Shown here: positions 1 through 8,776 of the stretch, piece after piece
How positions within the stretch are numbered: the first letter of the stretch is position 1
How the letters are laid out: each line of letters starts with the position of its first letter
Source of the DNA: an uncultured Anaerococcus sp.
GTDB taxonomy: Bacteria > Bacillota > Clostridia > Tissierellales > Peptoniphilaceae
DNA: 32,654 nt
Reading direction: 5' to 3'
NCBI GenBank assembly: GCA_900550345.1
Contig: URRX01000001.1
Span: forward strand, 1-32,654
Translations under genes and position numbers: made by a program
The notes under the pieces: generated by a model
The model's database searches: none
The model's input: only the letters and a program-made list of their open reading frames with translations
What the model was told of the DNA's origin: nothing

Positions 1-132
1 AATCTTATGAACTAAAAAATCAAATTCGAATTTTCTTCTATCTATATTATTAAATATTGAAATTAAGAGACTCTCTATTCCACCAACATTTAAATCACCT
101 AATACATGTAGTATTTTAATTTTATCTTGCAA
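1..132 (-). CDS. Glycosyltransferase, GT4/EpsF-like (5' part only, runs off the window)
   Basis: Manual translation from TTG (132-130) with upstream AAGGAG: MQDKIKILHVLGDLNVGGIESLLISIFNNIDRRKFEFDFLV, a typical GT-B/GT4 N-terminus. Not in the ORF track. Confidence 0.8.
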   Translation of the reverse strand, partial: MQDKIKILHVLGDLNVGGIESLLISIFNNIDRRKFEFDFLVHKI

Positions 133-207
133 ATTTAACTCCTTAAATTAATTAAAGTATTATATTTATTATAACATAATAAAACTTATTATAAATTATG
201 AAAAAAC

Positions 208-260
208 TTGAAAGTATATATAAACTTAGTATAGTTAAATTAAGGTCAAAGATGGTCAGA
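208..260 (+). promoter_or_regulatory. Putative sigmaA promoter and CtsR operator for dnaJ-clpB
   Basis: TTGAAA (208-213) and TATAGT (230-235). Direct heptads GGTCAAA-GAT-GGTCAGA (244-260) match the CtsR consensus RGTCAAA-NAN-RGTCAAA. Confidence 0.75.
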
Positions 261-276
261 AAATGATGGAGGTTTT

Positions 277-1230
277 ATGAAATATCAAGATTATTATGAA
301 ATTTTAGGTGTAGATAAAAAAGCAAATGATAGTGAAATAAAAAAAGCTTATAGGAAGCTTGCGAAAAAATACCACCCTGACCTTCATCCTGATGATAAGG
401 AAGCCAGCGAAAAATTTGCAAAAATAAATGAAGCTTATGAAGTATTATCTGATGAAAATAAGAGAAAACAATACGATATGTTTGGAAAAAGTGGAAACTT
501 CAGTCAAGGTCAAAATTTCGACCCATCTCAATATGGTTTCTCAGATTTATTTTCAAATTTTGGCGCTGGAAACGGATCTTATTCCTACACAAGTAGTACA
601 GGAGGATCCTCTGGATTTTCAGATTTTTTTGAAACCTTGTTTGGAGGAGGAAGATCATCTTCAAGAACTTCATCCACAAATTTTGGAGGATTCGGATCAA
701 GTTTTAAAAATGGATTTAAAAAAACTAAAAAATCTAAAATTAAAACAAAAGTTAATATATCACTAGATGAAGCAATGAGTGGCGTATCTAGAACGCTAAA
801 AATAAAAGATAAAGAAACAAATTCTATAAAAGAAATTAATATAAATATTCCAAGTGGAATGACAAGTGGGAAAAATTTAAAAATTGATGGTTCAAAATAT
901 AATTTAAATGCAGATATTTATGTAAAAGTTCAAATCAAGGAAGATTCAATATATAGACTTGATGGTCTAGATATTATAAAAAAAGAAAGAGTTAGTCCTT
1001 GGGATGCTTATTTTGGAGAAAAAATCACAGTCGATAGTCCGAATGGAAAGTTTAAAATAAATATTCCAGAAAAAATTGAAGCTGGAAATAAAATTAGGAT
1101 TAAAGGTAAGGGATATAAAGATTTAAAAGGAAAAGTTGGAGATCTTTATATAGAAATTCTTATTGATAATCCAAAAGATTTAAGTAAAGATCAAATTGAC
1201 CTATATAAAAAATTAAAGGAATTGAATTAG
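277..1230 (+). CDS. DnaJ-class co-chaperone, class II (CbpA-like, no zinc finger)
   Basis: J domain with HPD motif, G/F-rich linker and DnaJ C-terminal domain. No CxxCxGxG repeats. GGAGG RBS. Confidence 0.93.
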   Translation: MKYQDYYEILGVDKKANDSEIKKAYRKLAKKYHPDLHPDDKEASEKFAKINEAYEVLSDENKRKQYDMFGKSGNFSQGQNFDPSQYGFSDLFSNFGAGNGSYSYTSSTGGSSGFSDFFETLFGGGRSSSRTSSTNFGGFGSSFKNGFKKTKKSKIKTKVNISLDEAMSGVSRTLKIKDKETNSIKEININIPSGMTSGKNLKIDGSKYNLNADIYVKVQIKEDSIYRLDGLDIIKKERVSPWDAYFGEKITVDSPNGKFKINIPEKIEAGNKIRIKGKGYKDLKGKVGDLYIEILIDNPKDLSKDQIDLYKKLKELN

Positions 1231-1242
1231 GGGGATATGATT

Positions 1243-3822
1243 ATGGATTTTAACAAATTTACTCAAAAATCAACAGAAGTAATTAACGAAGCAAACCAAT
1301 TAGCAATCAAAAATGCCAACCCAGAAGTTGGCATCATCCACCTAGCTTATGCTTTGGTAGAAGATTCTAATTCTTTTGTAAGCCAAGTTTTAGCTAATAT
1401 GGGCTTGTATAAAAAAGTGCTTAATAAAATGCAAGAAAAAATGGAAAATTTGCCAAGCCAATCAGGTTCAGCAAATATTTATCCAAATACAATTTTTCAA
1501 AGAATTTTACTAAAAAGTGAAGACTGCGCAAAGAAAATGGGAGATTCTTTTATCTCAACTGAACATATTTTCTTAACTATTTTAAATGAAAATACTGAAT
1601 TAAGTGATTATTTTAAGGAAATTGGTTTAAACTCTAAAAATTTCTCAAATGAACTCAAAAAGGTCAGAAATGGTCAAAAAGTTACCAGCGATAATCCAGA
1701 AGAAACTAATAATCCATTGGAAAAATATGGTAGAAATTTAACAAAAGAAGCTAGAGAAGGAAAAATTGATCCAGTTATTGGGCGTGATATTGAAATAAGA
1801 AATTGCCAAAGAATTCTTTCAAGAAGAAAGAAAAATAATCCGGTTTTAATTGGTAAACCTGGTGTTGGTAAAACAGCAATTGTCGAAGGCCTTGCCCAAA
1901 GAATTGTAAATAAAGATGTGCCAGAACCACTTCAAGGAAGAACAATTTTTGCCCTTGATATGGCAAGCTTAGTTGCAGGTGCAAAATACAGGGGTCAATT
2001 TGAAGAAAGGTTAAAATCAGTTATTGATGAAGTTAAAAAATCTGAAGGACAGATAATTATGTTTATCGATGAGCTTCATACAATTGTTGGAGCTGGTAAA
2101 ACTGAAGGTTCAATGGATGCTTCAAATATAATGAAACCTATGCTTGCCCGTGGGGAAATTAAAGTAATTGGTGCAACAACTTTAAATGAATATAGAGAAA
2201 ATATTGAAAAAGATGGAGCTCTTGAAAGAAGATTCCAAAAAGTTTTGGTTGATGAGCCAAGTGTTGAAGATACAATTTCAATTTTAAGGGGAATTAAGGA
2301 TAAATATGAAATTTATCATGGGATAAGAATTCAAGACCAAGCAGTTATAGCTGCAGCAGAGCTTTCAAACCGTTATATTACTGATAGATTTTTACCAGAT
2401 AAGGCAATTGATTTGATGGATGAGGCTTGCGCAACCGTAAGAACTGAAATTGATACAATGCCAGAATATTTGGATGAAGAAAAAAGAAGAATTTTACAAG
2501 TTCAAATAGAAATTGAAGCTTTAAAAAAAGAAGATGATGAAAAGAGTAAAAAAAGATTAGAAATATTAGAAAAAGAATTAGCAGATGCTAATGAAAGATA
2601 TGAAGCTGATTTTAATAAATGGAAAAGCCAAAAAGATTCTATAAATTCTGTAAAAGATATAAAAGAAGAAATTGACAAAGTTAAAGTAGAAATTAATAAA
2701 GCTCAAAGAAATTACGATTTTGAAAAATTATCAGAATTAAAATATGGAAAATTAAATGAGCTTGAAAAGAAATTAAAAGAAAAAGAAGAAGACCAAGAAA
2801 ATAATTCATCAATTAAAGAAGAAGTTACTGATGAAGACATTGCAGATGTGGTTTCAAATTGGACAAATATTCCTGTAAATAAACTTGTAGAAAGTGAAAG
2901 AAATAAAATTTTAGGACTTTCTGATAAATTACACGAAAGAGTTATTGGACAAGATGAGGCAGTTAATAAAGTTTCAGATGCTATAATTAGGGCAAGATCT
3001 GGACTTAAAGATATAAATAAACCAATTGGATCATTTATTTTCTTAGGACCAACAGGAGTTGGTAAAACAGAACTTGCAAAATCACTTGCAGAAGCTATGT
3101 TTGATAGTGAAAAAAATATGATTAGGATTGATATGTCAGAATATATGGAAAAATATTCTGTATCAAGACTAATCGGTGCAGCCCCAGGATATGTTGGCTA
3201 CGAAGAAGGCGGACAATTAACAGAAGCTGTAAGAAGTAATCCTTATTCAGTAATTTTATTTGACGAAATTGAAAAAGCTCACCCAGATGTGTTCAATATT
3301 TTACTACAAGTTCTAGATGATGGAAGACTAACAGATAGTCAAGGAAGGACTGTAAACTTTAAAAATACAATTATAATTATGACTTCAAATATTGGATCAT
3401 CTTATTTGATAGATGGATTAAAAGAAGATGGAACAATTGACGAAGAAAATAGAAAACTTGTAGATTCTTCATTAAGAGCATCTTTTAAACCAGAATTTTT
3501 AAATAGAATTGATGACATAGTTATGTTTAAACCACTTACAAGCGATCAAATATATAAAATTATTGACCTTCAAATTGAAGATATATCAAAAAGACTTGAA
3601 GACCGCGATATTACAATTGAACTTAGCAAGCCTGCTCACGAATATATCTTAGAAAAATCTTACGATGTAGAATACGGTGCAAGACCAATCAAGAGATTCT
3701 TACAAGCAAATATTGAAACAAACTTAGGAAGAAAAATTATTGAAGGTAATATAATGGAAGGCGATCATGTCATAATAGATTTAGATAAAAATAATGAATT
3801 GGCATATCAAGTTAAAAATTAA
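1243..3822 (+). CDS. clpB: ATP-dependent chaperone ClpB
   Basis: Clp N domain, two AAA+ modules ([16 protein letters not shown]), long coiled-coil M domain, [13 protein letters not shown] 1243 is better spaced from the GGGGA RBS than ATG 1237. Confidence 0.96.
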   Translation: MDFNKFTQKSTEVINEANQLAIKNANPEVGIIHLAYALVEDSNSFVSQVLANMGLYKKVLNKMQEKMENLPSQSGSANIYPNTIFQRILLKSEDCAKKMGDSFISTEHIFLTILNENTELSDYFKEIGLNSKNFSNELKKVRNGQKVTSDNPEETNNPLEKYGRNLTKEAREGKIDPVIGRDIEIRNCQRILSRRKKNNPVLIGKPGVGKTAIVEGLAQRIVNKDVPEPLQGRTIFALDMASLVAGAKYRGQFEERLKSVIDEVKKSEGQIIMFIDELHTIVGAGKTEGSMDASNIMKPMLARGEIKVIGATTLNEYRENIEKDGALERRFQKVLVDEPSVEDTISILRGIKDKYEIYHGIRIQDQAVIAAAELSNRYITDRFLPDKAIDLMDEACATVRTEIDTMPEYLDEEKRRILQVQIEIEALKKEDDEKSKKRLEILEKELADANERYEADFNKWKSQKDSINSVKDIKEEIDKVKVEINKAQRNYDFEKLSELKYGKLNELEKKLKEKEEDQENNSSIKEEVTDEDIADVVSNWTNIPVNKLVESERNKILGLSDKLHERVIGQDEAVNKVSDAIIRARSGLKDINKPIGSFIFLGPTGVGKTELAKSLAEAMFDSEKNMIRIDMSEYMEKYSVSRLIGAAPGYVGYEEGGQLTEAVRSNPYSVILFDEIEKAHPDVFNILLQVLDDGRLTDSQGRTVNFKNTIIIMTSNIGSSYLIDGLKEDGTIDEENRKLVDSSLRASFKPEFLNRIDDIVMFKPLTSDQIYKIIDLQIEDISKRLEDRDITIELSKPAHEYILEKSYDVEYGARPIKRFLQANIETNLGRKIIEGNIMEGDHVIIDLDKNNELAYQVKN

Positions 3823-3833
3823 AGAATAAATAT

Positions 3834-3870
3834 AAAAAGAGAAAATTTCTTTTAGAGATTTTCTCTTTTT
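3834..3870 (+). terminator. Intrinsic terminator after clpB
   Basis: AAAAAGAGAAAATTTCT / AGAGATTTTCTCTTTTT inverted repeat with a T tail. Confidence 0.8.
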
Positions 3871-3992
3871 CTTTTTCCTAAAAAATGGGAGAAATTTATT
3901 TTTAAAAATTATTTTTAGAATTATATTTATACAAAGACCTAGAAAAAATCCCGGAAATCGGAAAGAAATATACATACAAAAAAACTAAAAAA

Positions 3993-4046
3993 ACACAATA
4001 TATAGTGCTCCTTGTTTTATTATATCTATATATGGTATACTATAAT
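3993..4046 (+). promoter_or_regulatory. Tandem NrdR boxes and -10 element upstream of nrdD
   Basis: ACACAATATATAGTGC (3993-4008) and TATCTATATATGGTAT (4023-4038), 30 bp apart, fit acaCwAtATaTwGtg. TATAAT at 4041-4046. Confidence 0.85.
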
Positions 4047-4070
4047 AGTATTAATAAAGGAGTTGAAAAA

Positions 4071-6191
4071 ATGCCTAAAGTTGTAAAAAGAAATGGTCAA
4101 AAAGTAGATTTTGACAAAGAAAAAATAAAAATAGCTATAGAAAAGGCTATGAATTCACCAAATGGTGTTTACATAGAAAAGCAAGCAGAAGAAATTGCAA
4201 ATGAAATTGAAAAAAGTGTTGTAAATAAAAGAGAAATTTCAATTTATCAAATTGAACATATGGTTTATTACAAATTAATTGATAAGAAAAATCCTGCAAC
4301 AGCGAAATCATATGAAGCTTATAGGTCGGTTCAATCCTATAAAAGAGAAGCAAATACAACTGATGATGACATAATTGGTCTACTTGAAAGGACAAACATT
4401 GATGTAATGGATGAAAATTCCAACAAAAATCCATTGATTGCTTCAACCCAAAGAGATTTGATAGCAGGAGAGGTGTCAAAAGATTTGGCGAAAAGAAAAT
4501 TAATTGATGCAGACCTTGTAGAAGCTCACGAAAATGGAGCTATACATATTCACGATTTAGATTATTTAATACAACCAATTTTTAATTGTTGCTTGGTAAA
4601 TATGAAAGATATGCTCGATAATGGAACAGTTATAAATGGAAAGACAATCGAAACGCCCAAATCTTTTCAAGTAGCTTGTAATGTAATGACCCAAATTATT
4701 GCCCAAATTGCATCAAACCAATATGGTGGTCAATCTATAAATATTTCATGCCTTTCAAAATATTTGGAAGTTTCCTACAATAAAAATTATAAATTAGCTA
4801 AAGAAATTTTATCAAATGAAGATGAAATAAAAAAAATGGCACAAAAATTGACCCAAAGAGATTTGGAATCAGGTATTCAAACTATTCAATACCAAATAAA
4901 TACTCTTATGACATCAAATGGTCAAGCACCTTTTGTAACCTTATTTATGCATACAGACGAAAATGATCCTTACCTTGACCAAACTGTAAAAATTATAGAA
5001 GAAATTCTAAAACAAAGAATCCAGGGAATAAAAAATGAAGCTGGAGTTTATGTAACACCAGCCTTTCCAAAATTAATTTATGTTTTGGATGAAAATAATG
5101 TAAAAGAGGGAAGCAAATATCACTACCTAACTCAATTATCCATAAAATGTACGGCAAAAAGAATGTATCCTGATTATATATCTGCTAAAAAAATGAGAGA
5201 AAATTATGAAGGAAATGTATTTTCTCCAATGGGATGCAGGGCATTTTTGCCACCATATAAGGATGAAAATGGAGCATATAAATTTGACGGAAGATTTAAT
5301 ATAGGAGTTTGTACAATAAATCTCCCTCAAATTGGAATCCTAGCAGGTCATGACGAAGAAAAATTCTTTGAAATTTTAAATAAAAGAATGGAACTTGTAA
5401 AAAGAGTAGGAATTTTAAGATATGAACACTTAAAAGACGTTACTAGCGATTCATCACCAATTCATTTTCAACATGGAGCAATAGCAAGACTTAAACCTCA
5501 CGAAAAAATTAATCCACTTCTAAAAAATGGATATGCAACAGTAACAATTGGCTACATTGGAATTTATGAAGCTTGTAAACTCGTAAAAGGAATTAGTCAT
5601 ACAAATAAAGATGGGGAAAAATTTGCTATAAAAATAATGGATTTTTTAAATAGTAAAAAGAAAGAATGGATAGAAGAAACTGGCCTTCAATTTGCAGTTT
5701 ATGGAACACCAGCAGAAAATCTAACAAATAGGTTCGCATCAATTGATAGAAAAAGATTTGGAAATATTGAAGATGTTACTGACAAGGGTTATTACACAAA
5801 CTCTTTCCATGTTGACGTAAGAGAAGAAATTTCTGCCTTTGAAAAATTTGATTTTGAATCAAAATTCCAAGACATGTCATCAGGTGGTTGTATTTCCTAT
5901 GTAGAAATTCCAAATATGGCAAATAATTTAAAGGCTCTTGGAACAATTGTGGAATATATTTATGATCATATCCAATACGCAGAATTTAACACTAAATCTG
6001 ATTATTGTGCAGAGTGTGGTTATGATGGTGAAATGTTTTTAGATGATAATAATGATTGGTATTGTCCACAATGTGGAAATAAAGACAGATCAAAACTAAC
6101 AGTTGTAAGAAGAACCTGTGGATATTTGGGAGAAAATTTCTGGAATGAAGGAAGAACCAAAGAAATAAAAGCAAGAGTATTGCATATTTAA
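4071..6191 (+). CDS. nrdD: Anaerobic ribonucleoside-triphosphate reductase (class III)
   Basis: N-terminal ATP cone (VVKRNG), FNCC, MGCR, CxxC...CxxC zinc site, glycyl-radical motif RTCGYLG. Start moved to ATG 4071 after AAAGGAG. Confidence 0.97.
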   Translation: MPKVVKRNGQKVDFDKEKIKIAIEKAMNSPNGVYIEKQAEEIANEIEKSVVNKREISIYQIEHMVYYKLIDKKNPATAKSYEAYRSVQSYKREANTTDDDIIGLLERTNIDVMDENSNKNPLIASTQRDLIAGEVSKDLAKRKLIDADLVEAHENGAIHIHDLDYLIQPIFNCCLVNMKDMLDNGTVINGKTIETPKSFQVACNVMTQIIAQIASNQYGGQSINISCLSKYLEVSYNKNYKLAKEILSNEDEIKKMAQKLTQRDLESGIQTIQYQINTLMTSNGQAPFVTLFMHTDENDPYLDQTVKIIEEILKQRIQGIKNEAGVYVTPAFPKLIYVLDENNVKEGSKYHYLTQLSIKCTAKRMYPDYISAKKMRENYEGNVFSPMGCRAFLPPYKDENGAYKFDGRFNIGVCTINLPQIGILAGHDEEKFFEILNKRMELVKRVGILRYEHLKDVTSDSSPIHFQHGAIARLKPHEKINPLLKNGYATVTIGYIGIYEACKLVKGISHTNKDGEKFAIKIMDFLNSKKKEWIEETGLQFAVYGTPAENLTNRFASIDRKRFGNIEDVTDKGYYTNSFHVDVREEISAFEKFDFESKFQDMSSGGCISYVEIPNMANNLKALGTIVEYIYDHIQYAEFNTKSDYCAECGYDGEMFLDDNNDWYCPQCGNKDRSKLTVVRRTCGYLGENFWNEGRTKEIKARVLHI

Positions 6192-6230
6192 AATAATCTA
6201 CGTTAATAAAGGCATAAATAAACACATAGC

Positions 6231-6406
6231 GTAAACAAACCGTCAAGCAGGAATATCTGACTTCAAAAATTGTTGATTTCTAAATTTTAAAATTCTAAAA
6301 TCGCAAACTCGCTAACGCTCGAACAGTGCGATTTTTGACGAATTTTTAAATTTGAAATAAAATCAATTTTTTCCGTATGATATTCTTAGCTTGAAGGTTT
6401 GTATAC
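6231..6406. repeat. Long imperfect palindrome (about 176 bp) with AAACTCGCTAACGCTCG loop
   Basis: Outer arms GTAAACAAACCGTCAAGC / GCTTGAAGGTTTGTATAC (16 of 18 complementary), GAATATC/GATATTC, inner AAAATCGCA/TGCGATTTT. Confidence 0.8.
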
Positions 6407-6438
6407 TTATCAAAAGCATAAGTCTGCATTTGTATCCT

Positions 6439-6720
6439 CAGATTGTAGATAAAGTATGAATTTAAATAATATTTTATTTTGAAACAAAATCTCGTTTAGT
6501 ACCATCTCGACTAGATAATTGTGCCTTGATTTGGCACAATTATCCCTAAAACTAAATGCGAAAGTATGAAGAAGTTTGCAAAGCAAACGTGTTTTAGTGT
6601 GAGCAAAGCGACTGCACGGAGAGATCTCATGAGATCTCTCGACTACGCTCGAGATGGGTAGAAGCATAATTTAATTATTAAATTATCAATAAATTTTTAA
6701 ACTTACTTTGTCTACGCCTG
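6439..6720. mobile_element. Putative non-autonomous MITE with IS1182-like ends
   Basis: Ends CAGATTGTAGATAAAGTA and TACTTTGTCTACGCCTG are imperfect inverted repeats. Flanked by a degenerate 18-bp direct repeat (6421-6438 vs 6721-6738, 14 of 18 identical). No transposase. Confidence 0.6.
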
Positions 6721-6744
6721 AGTCTACATTAGTAGACTTTTTTT
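6721..6744 (+). terminator. Terminator-like hairpin directly upstream of the nrdG RBS
   Basis: AGTCTAC-ATTA-GTAGACT followed by a T run, then ATGGAGG. Confidence 0.6.
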
Positions 6745-6755
6745 ATGGAGGATTT

Positions 6756-7256
6756 ATGAGATATGGGCAAATAAGAAAATATGATGTAGCAAATGGACCT
6801 GGGATTAGAACTTCGTTTTTTGTCACAGGCTGTCATGCAAATTGCAAAAATTGTTTTAACAAGGAATATATGAATCCAAATTTTGGAGATTTGTGGACAG
6901 AAAAACAAACTCAAGAAATAATTTCTTATTTAAAAAAAGATGAAATAGAAGGGCTTACAATACTTGGGGGAGAGCCTTTTGAATCTACAGAAGATTTGAT
7001 TAAAATTGTAAAAAAAATTAGAGAAGAATCAGATAAATCAATTTGGATTTTTTCTGGATTTTTGTATGAAGTTTTGGTAAATATTGAAAATGCAAAAAAA
7101 CTTTTATCAATGTGTGATGTCTTGGTTGATGGGCTTTTTGTAGAAGAACTTAAAGATTTAAGGTTGAAATTTAAGGGATCATCAAACCAAAGAACAATTG
7201 ATATACAAAAATCTTTAGAAAATGAAAAAGTAATCCTTCTAGATGGGTATAATTAA
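6756..7256 (+). CDS. nrdG: Anaerobic RNR activating radical-SAM enzyme
   Basis: DVANGPGIRTSFFVTGCxxxCxxC, LGGEP, DVLVDG, GSSNQR. Start at ATG 6756 after GGAGG. Confidence 0.96.
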   Translation: MRYGQIRKYDVANGPGIRTSFFVTGCHANCKNCFNKEYMNPNFGDLWTEKQTQEIISYLKKDEIEGLTILGGEPFESTEDLIKIVKKIREESDKSIWIFSGFLYEVLVNIENAKKLLSMCDVLVDGLFVEELKDLRLKFKGSSNQRTIDIQKSLENEKVILLDGYN

Positions 7257-7283
7257 AATAGAAATAAAATTAGGAGGATATAT

Positions 7284-7871
7284 ATGGAAATTAATAAAAA
7301 AAGAAGAGGGGTAGGAGGAATTGCTATAGCTATAATTGCAATTATTGCTCTTGCTATAATTGTTTTAATACCTTCTTATAATGGACTTGTAAAACAAAAA
7401 GAACAGCTTGATGAATCATATGCTCAGGTTCAAAATGTTGTACAAAGAAGGGCAGACTTAATTCCAAATCTTGTTAGCACTGTAAAAGGATATTCAAAAC
7501 ACGAAAAAGATACTTTGACAGAAGTTACTGAGGCAAGGGCAGGAATAAAAGATGCCAAAGGACCAAAAGAATTAGCTGAAGCTAACGAACAAATGTCCCA
7601 AGCAATTAGAAATATAAACGTAGTCGCAGAAGCTTATCCAGAATTAAAAGCTGACAAGCAATTTACTCAACTTATGGATGAACTTGCTGGAACAGAAAAT
7701 AGAATTTCTGTTGAAAGAAAAAATTATAACGGTGAAGTTAAGGCTTATAATACAAAAGTTAAATCTTTCCCAACAAGTATTTTTGCATCAATGATGGGAT
7801 TTGATAAGGCAGAATATTTTGAAGCTGATGCATCAGCCCAAGATGCACCAAAAGTAAATTTTGGAAGTTAG
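7284..7871 (+). CDS. lemA: LemA family protein
   Basis: N-terminal TM helix, QRRADLIPNLV, EAYPELKA, ENRISVERKNYN. Confidence 0.93.
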   Translation: MEINKKRRGVGGIAIAIIAIIALAIIVLIPSYNGLVKQKEQLDESYAQVQNVVQRRADLIPNLVSTVKGYSKHEKDTLTEVTEARAGIKDAKGPKELAEANEQMSQAIRNINVVAEAYPELKADKQFTQLMDELAGTENRISVERKNYNGEVKAYNTKVKSFPTSIFASMMGFDKAEYFEADASAQDAPKVNFGS

Positions 7872-7878
7872 GTAATTT

Positions 7879-8682
7879 ATGAGAAAAAGGAAGAATATAA
7901 TAGTAACTATTTTATTTGCCTTTATTCTTCTTTTTCTACCTAATAAGTCTTTTGCAGAAAATTTACCAGAATCACCGAGAACTTACTATTATGATGAACT
8001 TAATTTAATTGACCAAGAAACTAAAGACCATTTGACAAAAGTAAACAAAGAACTTGAACAAAAAACTGGATCTCAAGTAATTTATGTTTCTCTTAAAGAT
8101 ATAGAAGATCAACCAATGCAAGTTGGAACGGATCTTTTAAACAAATGGAAAATTGGTGATAAGGAAAAAAATAATGGAGTTTTGATTTTGATTTCTCAAA
8201 GAAAGGGCCAAGATAAAAAAGATATTTCAATTATAACAGGCTATGGAATTGAGGGAAGATTAAATGATGGTAAGGTTGGAAGAATAATTGATGAATTTAT
8301 GCTTGATTATATGAGACAAGGAGACTTTTCAAAAGGAATTAGGGAAGGCTTTAATGCTATAGTTTCAGAAATAGCAGAAGAATATCAAGTAGAATTAAAT
8401 GGAGATTATGACAAATATTCTGAAAGACTAAAAGAAGACCAAGGCGAAGAAATAGATATAAGAACCTTAATATTTATATTTATAATATTTATAATTTTCT
8501 CTAGAATTTTTGCAGGCCGTGGTAATTATAGAGGCGGCGGTGGATTTTCTGGAGGATTTGGAGGATTCGGAGGCGGATCCTTTGGTGGATTTTCTGGTGG
8601 ATCATCCGGCGGATTTTCTGGAGGAGGTTTTTCCGGTGGCGGAGGATCATCCGGTGGCGGCGGAGCTAGTCGTGGAATTTAA
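7879..8682 (+). CDS. TPM-domain (YgcG-like) membrane protein with Gly-rich tail
   Basis: Signal peptide, WKIG..NNGVLILI, GYGIEG.LND, TM helix, GGGSSGGGGAS tail. Usual partner of lemA. Confidence 0.9.
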   Translation: MRKRKNIIVTILFAFILLFLPNKSFAENLPESPRTYYYDELNLIDQETKDHLTKVNKELEQKTGSQVIYVSLKDIEDQPMQVGTDLLNKWKIGDKEKNNGVLILISQRKGQDKKDISIITGYGIEGRLNDGKVGRIIDEFMLDYMRQGDFSKGIREGFNAIVSEIAEEYQVELNGDYDKYSERLKEDQGEEIDIRTLIFIFIIFIIFSRIFAGRGNYRGGGGFSGGFGGFGGGSFGGFSGGSSGGFSGGGFSGGGGSSGGGGASRGI

Positions 8683-8690
8683 TAAAAATT

Positions 8691-8712
8691 GGACCTTTTT
8701 AGGTCCTTTTTT
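8691..8712 (+). terminator. Intrinsic terminator
   Basis: GGACCT-TTTT-AGGTCC followed by a T run. Confidence 0.75.
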
Positions 8713-8776
8713 GTTAATTATTTTTAGACAATAAAATTATCATTAATTAAATGATATAATAAAAAAAGGTGATTTT

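Noticed and set aside
3945..3965. ATCCCGGAAATCGGAAA resembling the 23-bp iteron core
   Set aside because: Single isolated partial match with no tandem array, so it may be chance.
6410..6667. 85-aa minus-strand ORF in the nrdD-nrdG spacer
   Set aside because: It runs through palindromic repeats, has no clear RBS and resembles no family I recognise.
6192..6755. Cobalamin riboswitch or self-splicing intron at nrdDG
   Set aside because: I could not see a B12 box or intron core motifs. Both genes are uninterrupted, and the spacer is explained by palindromic elements.
8515..8680. GGN-rich repeats
   Set aside because: They encode the ordinary Gly-rich tail of TPM-domain proteins.
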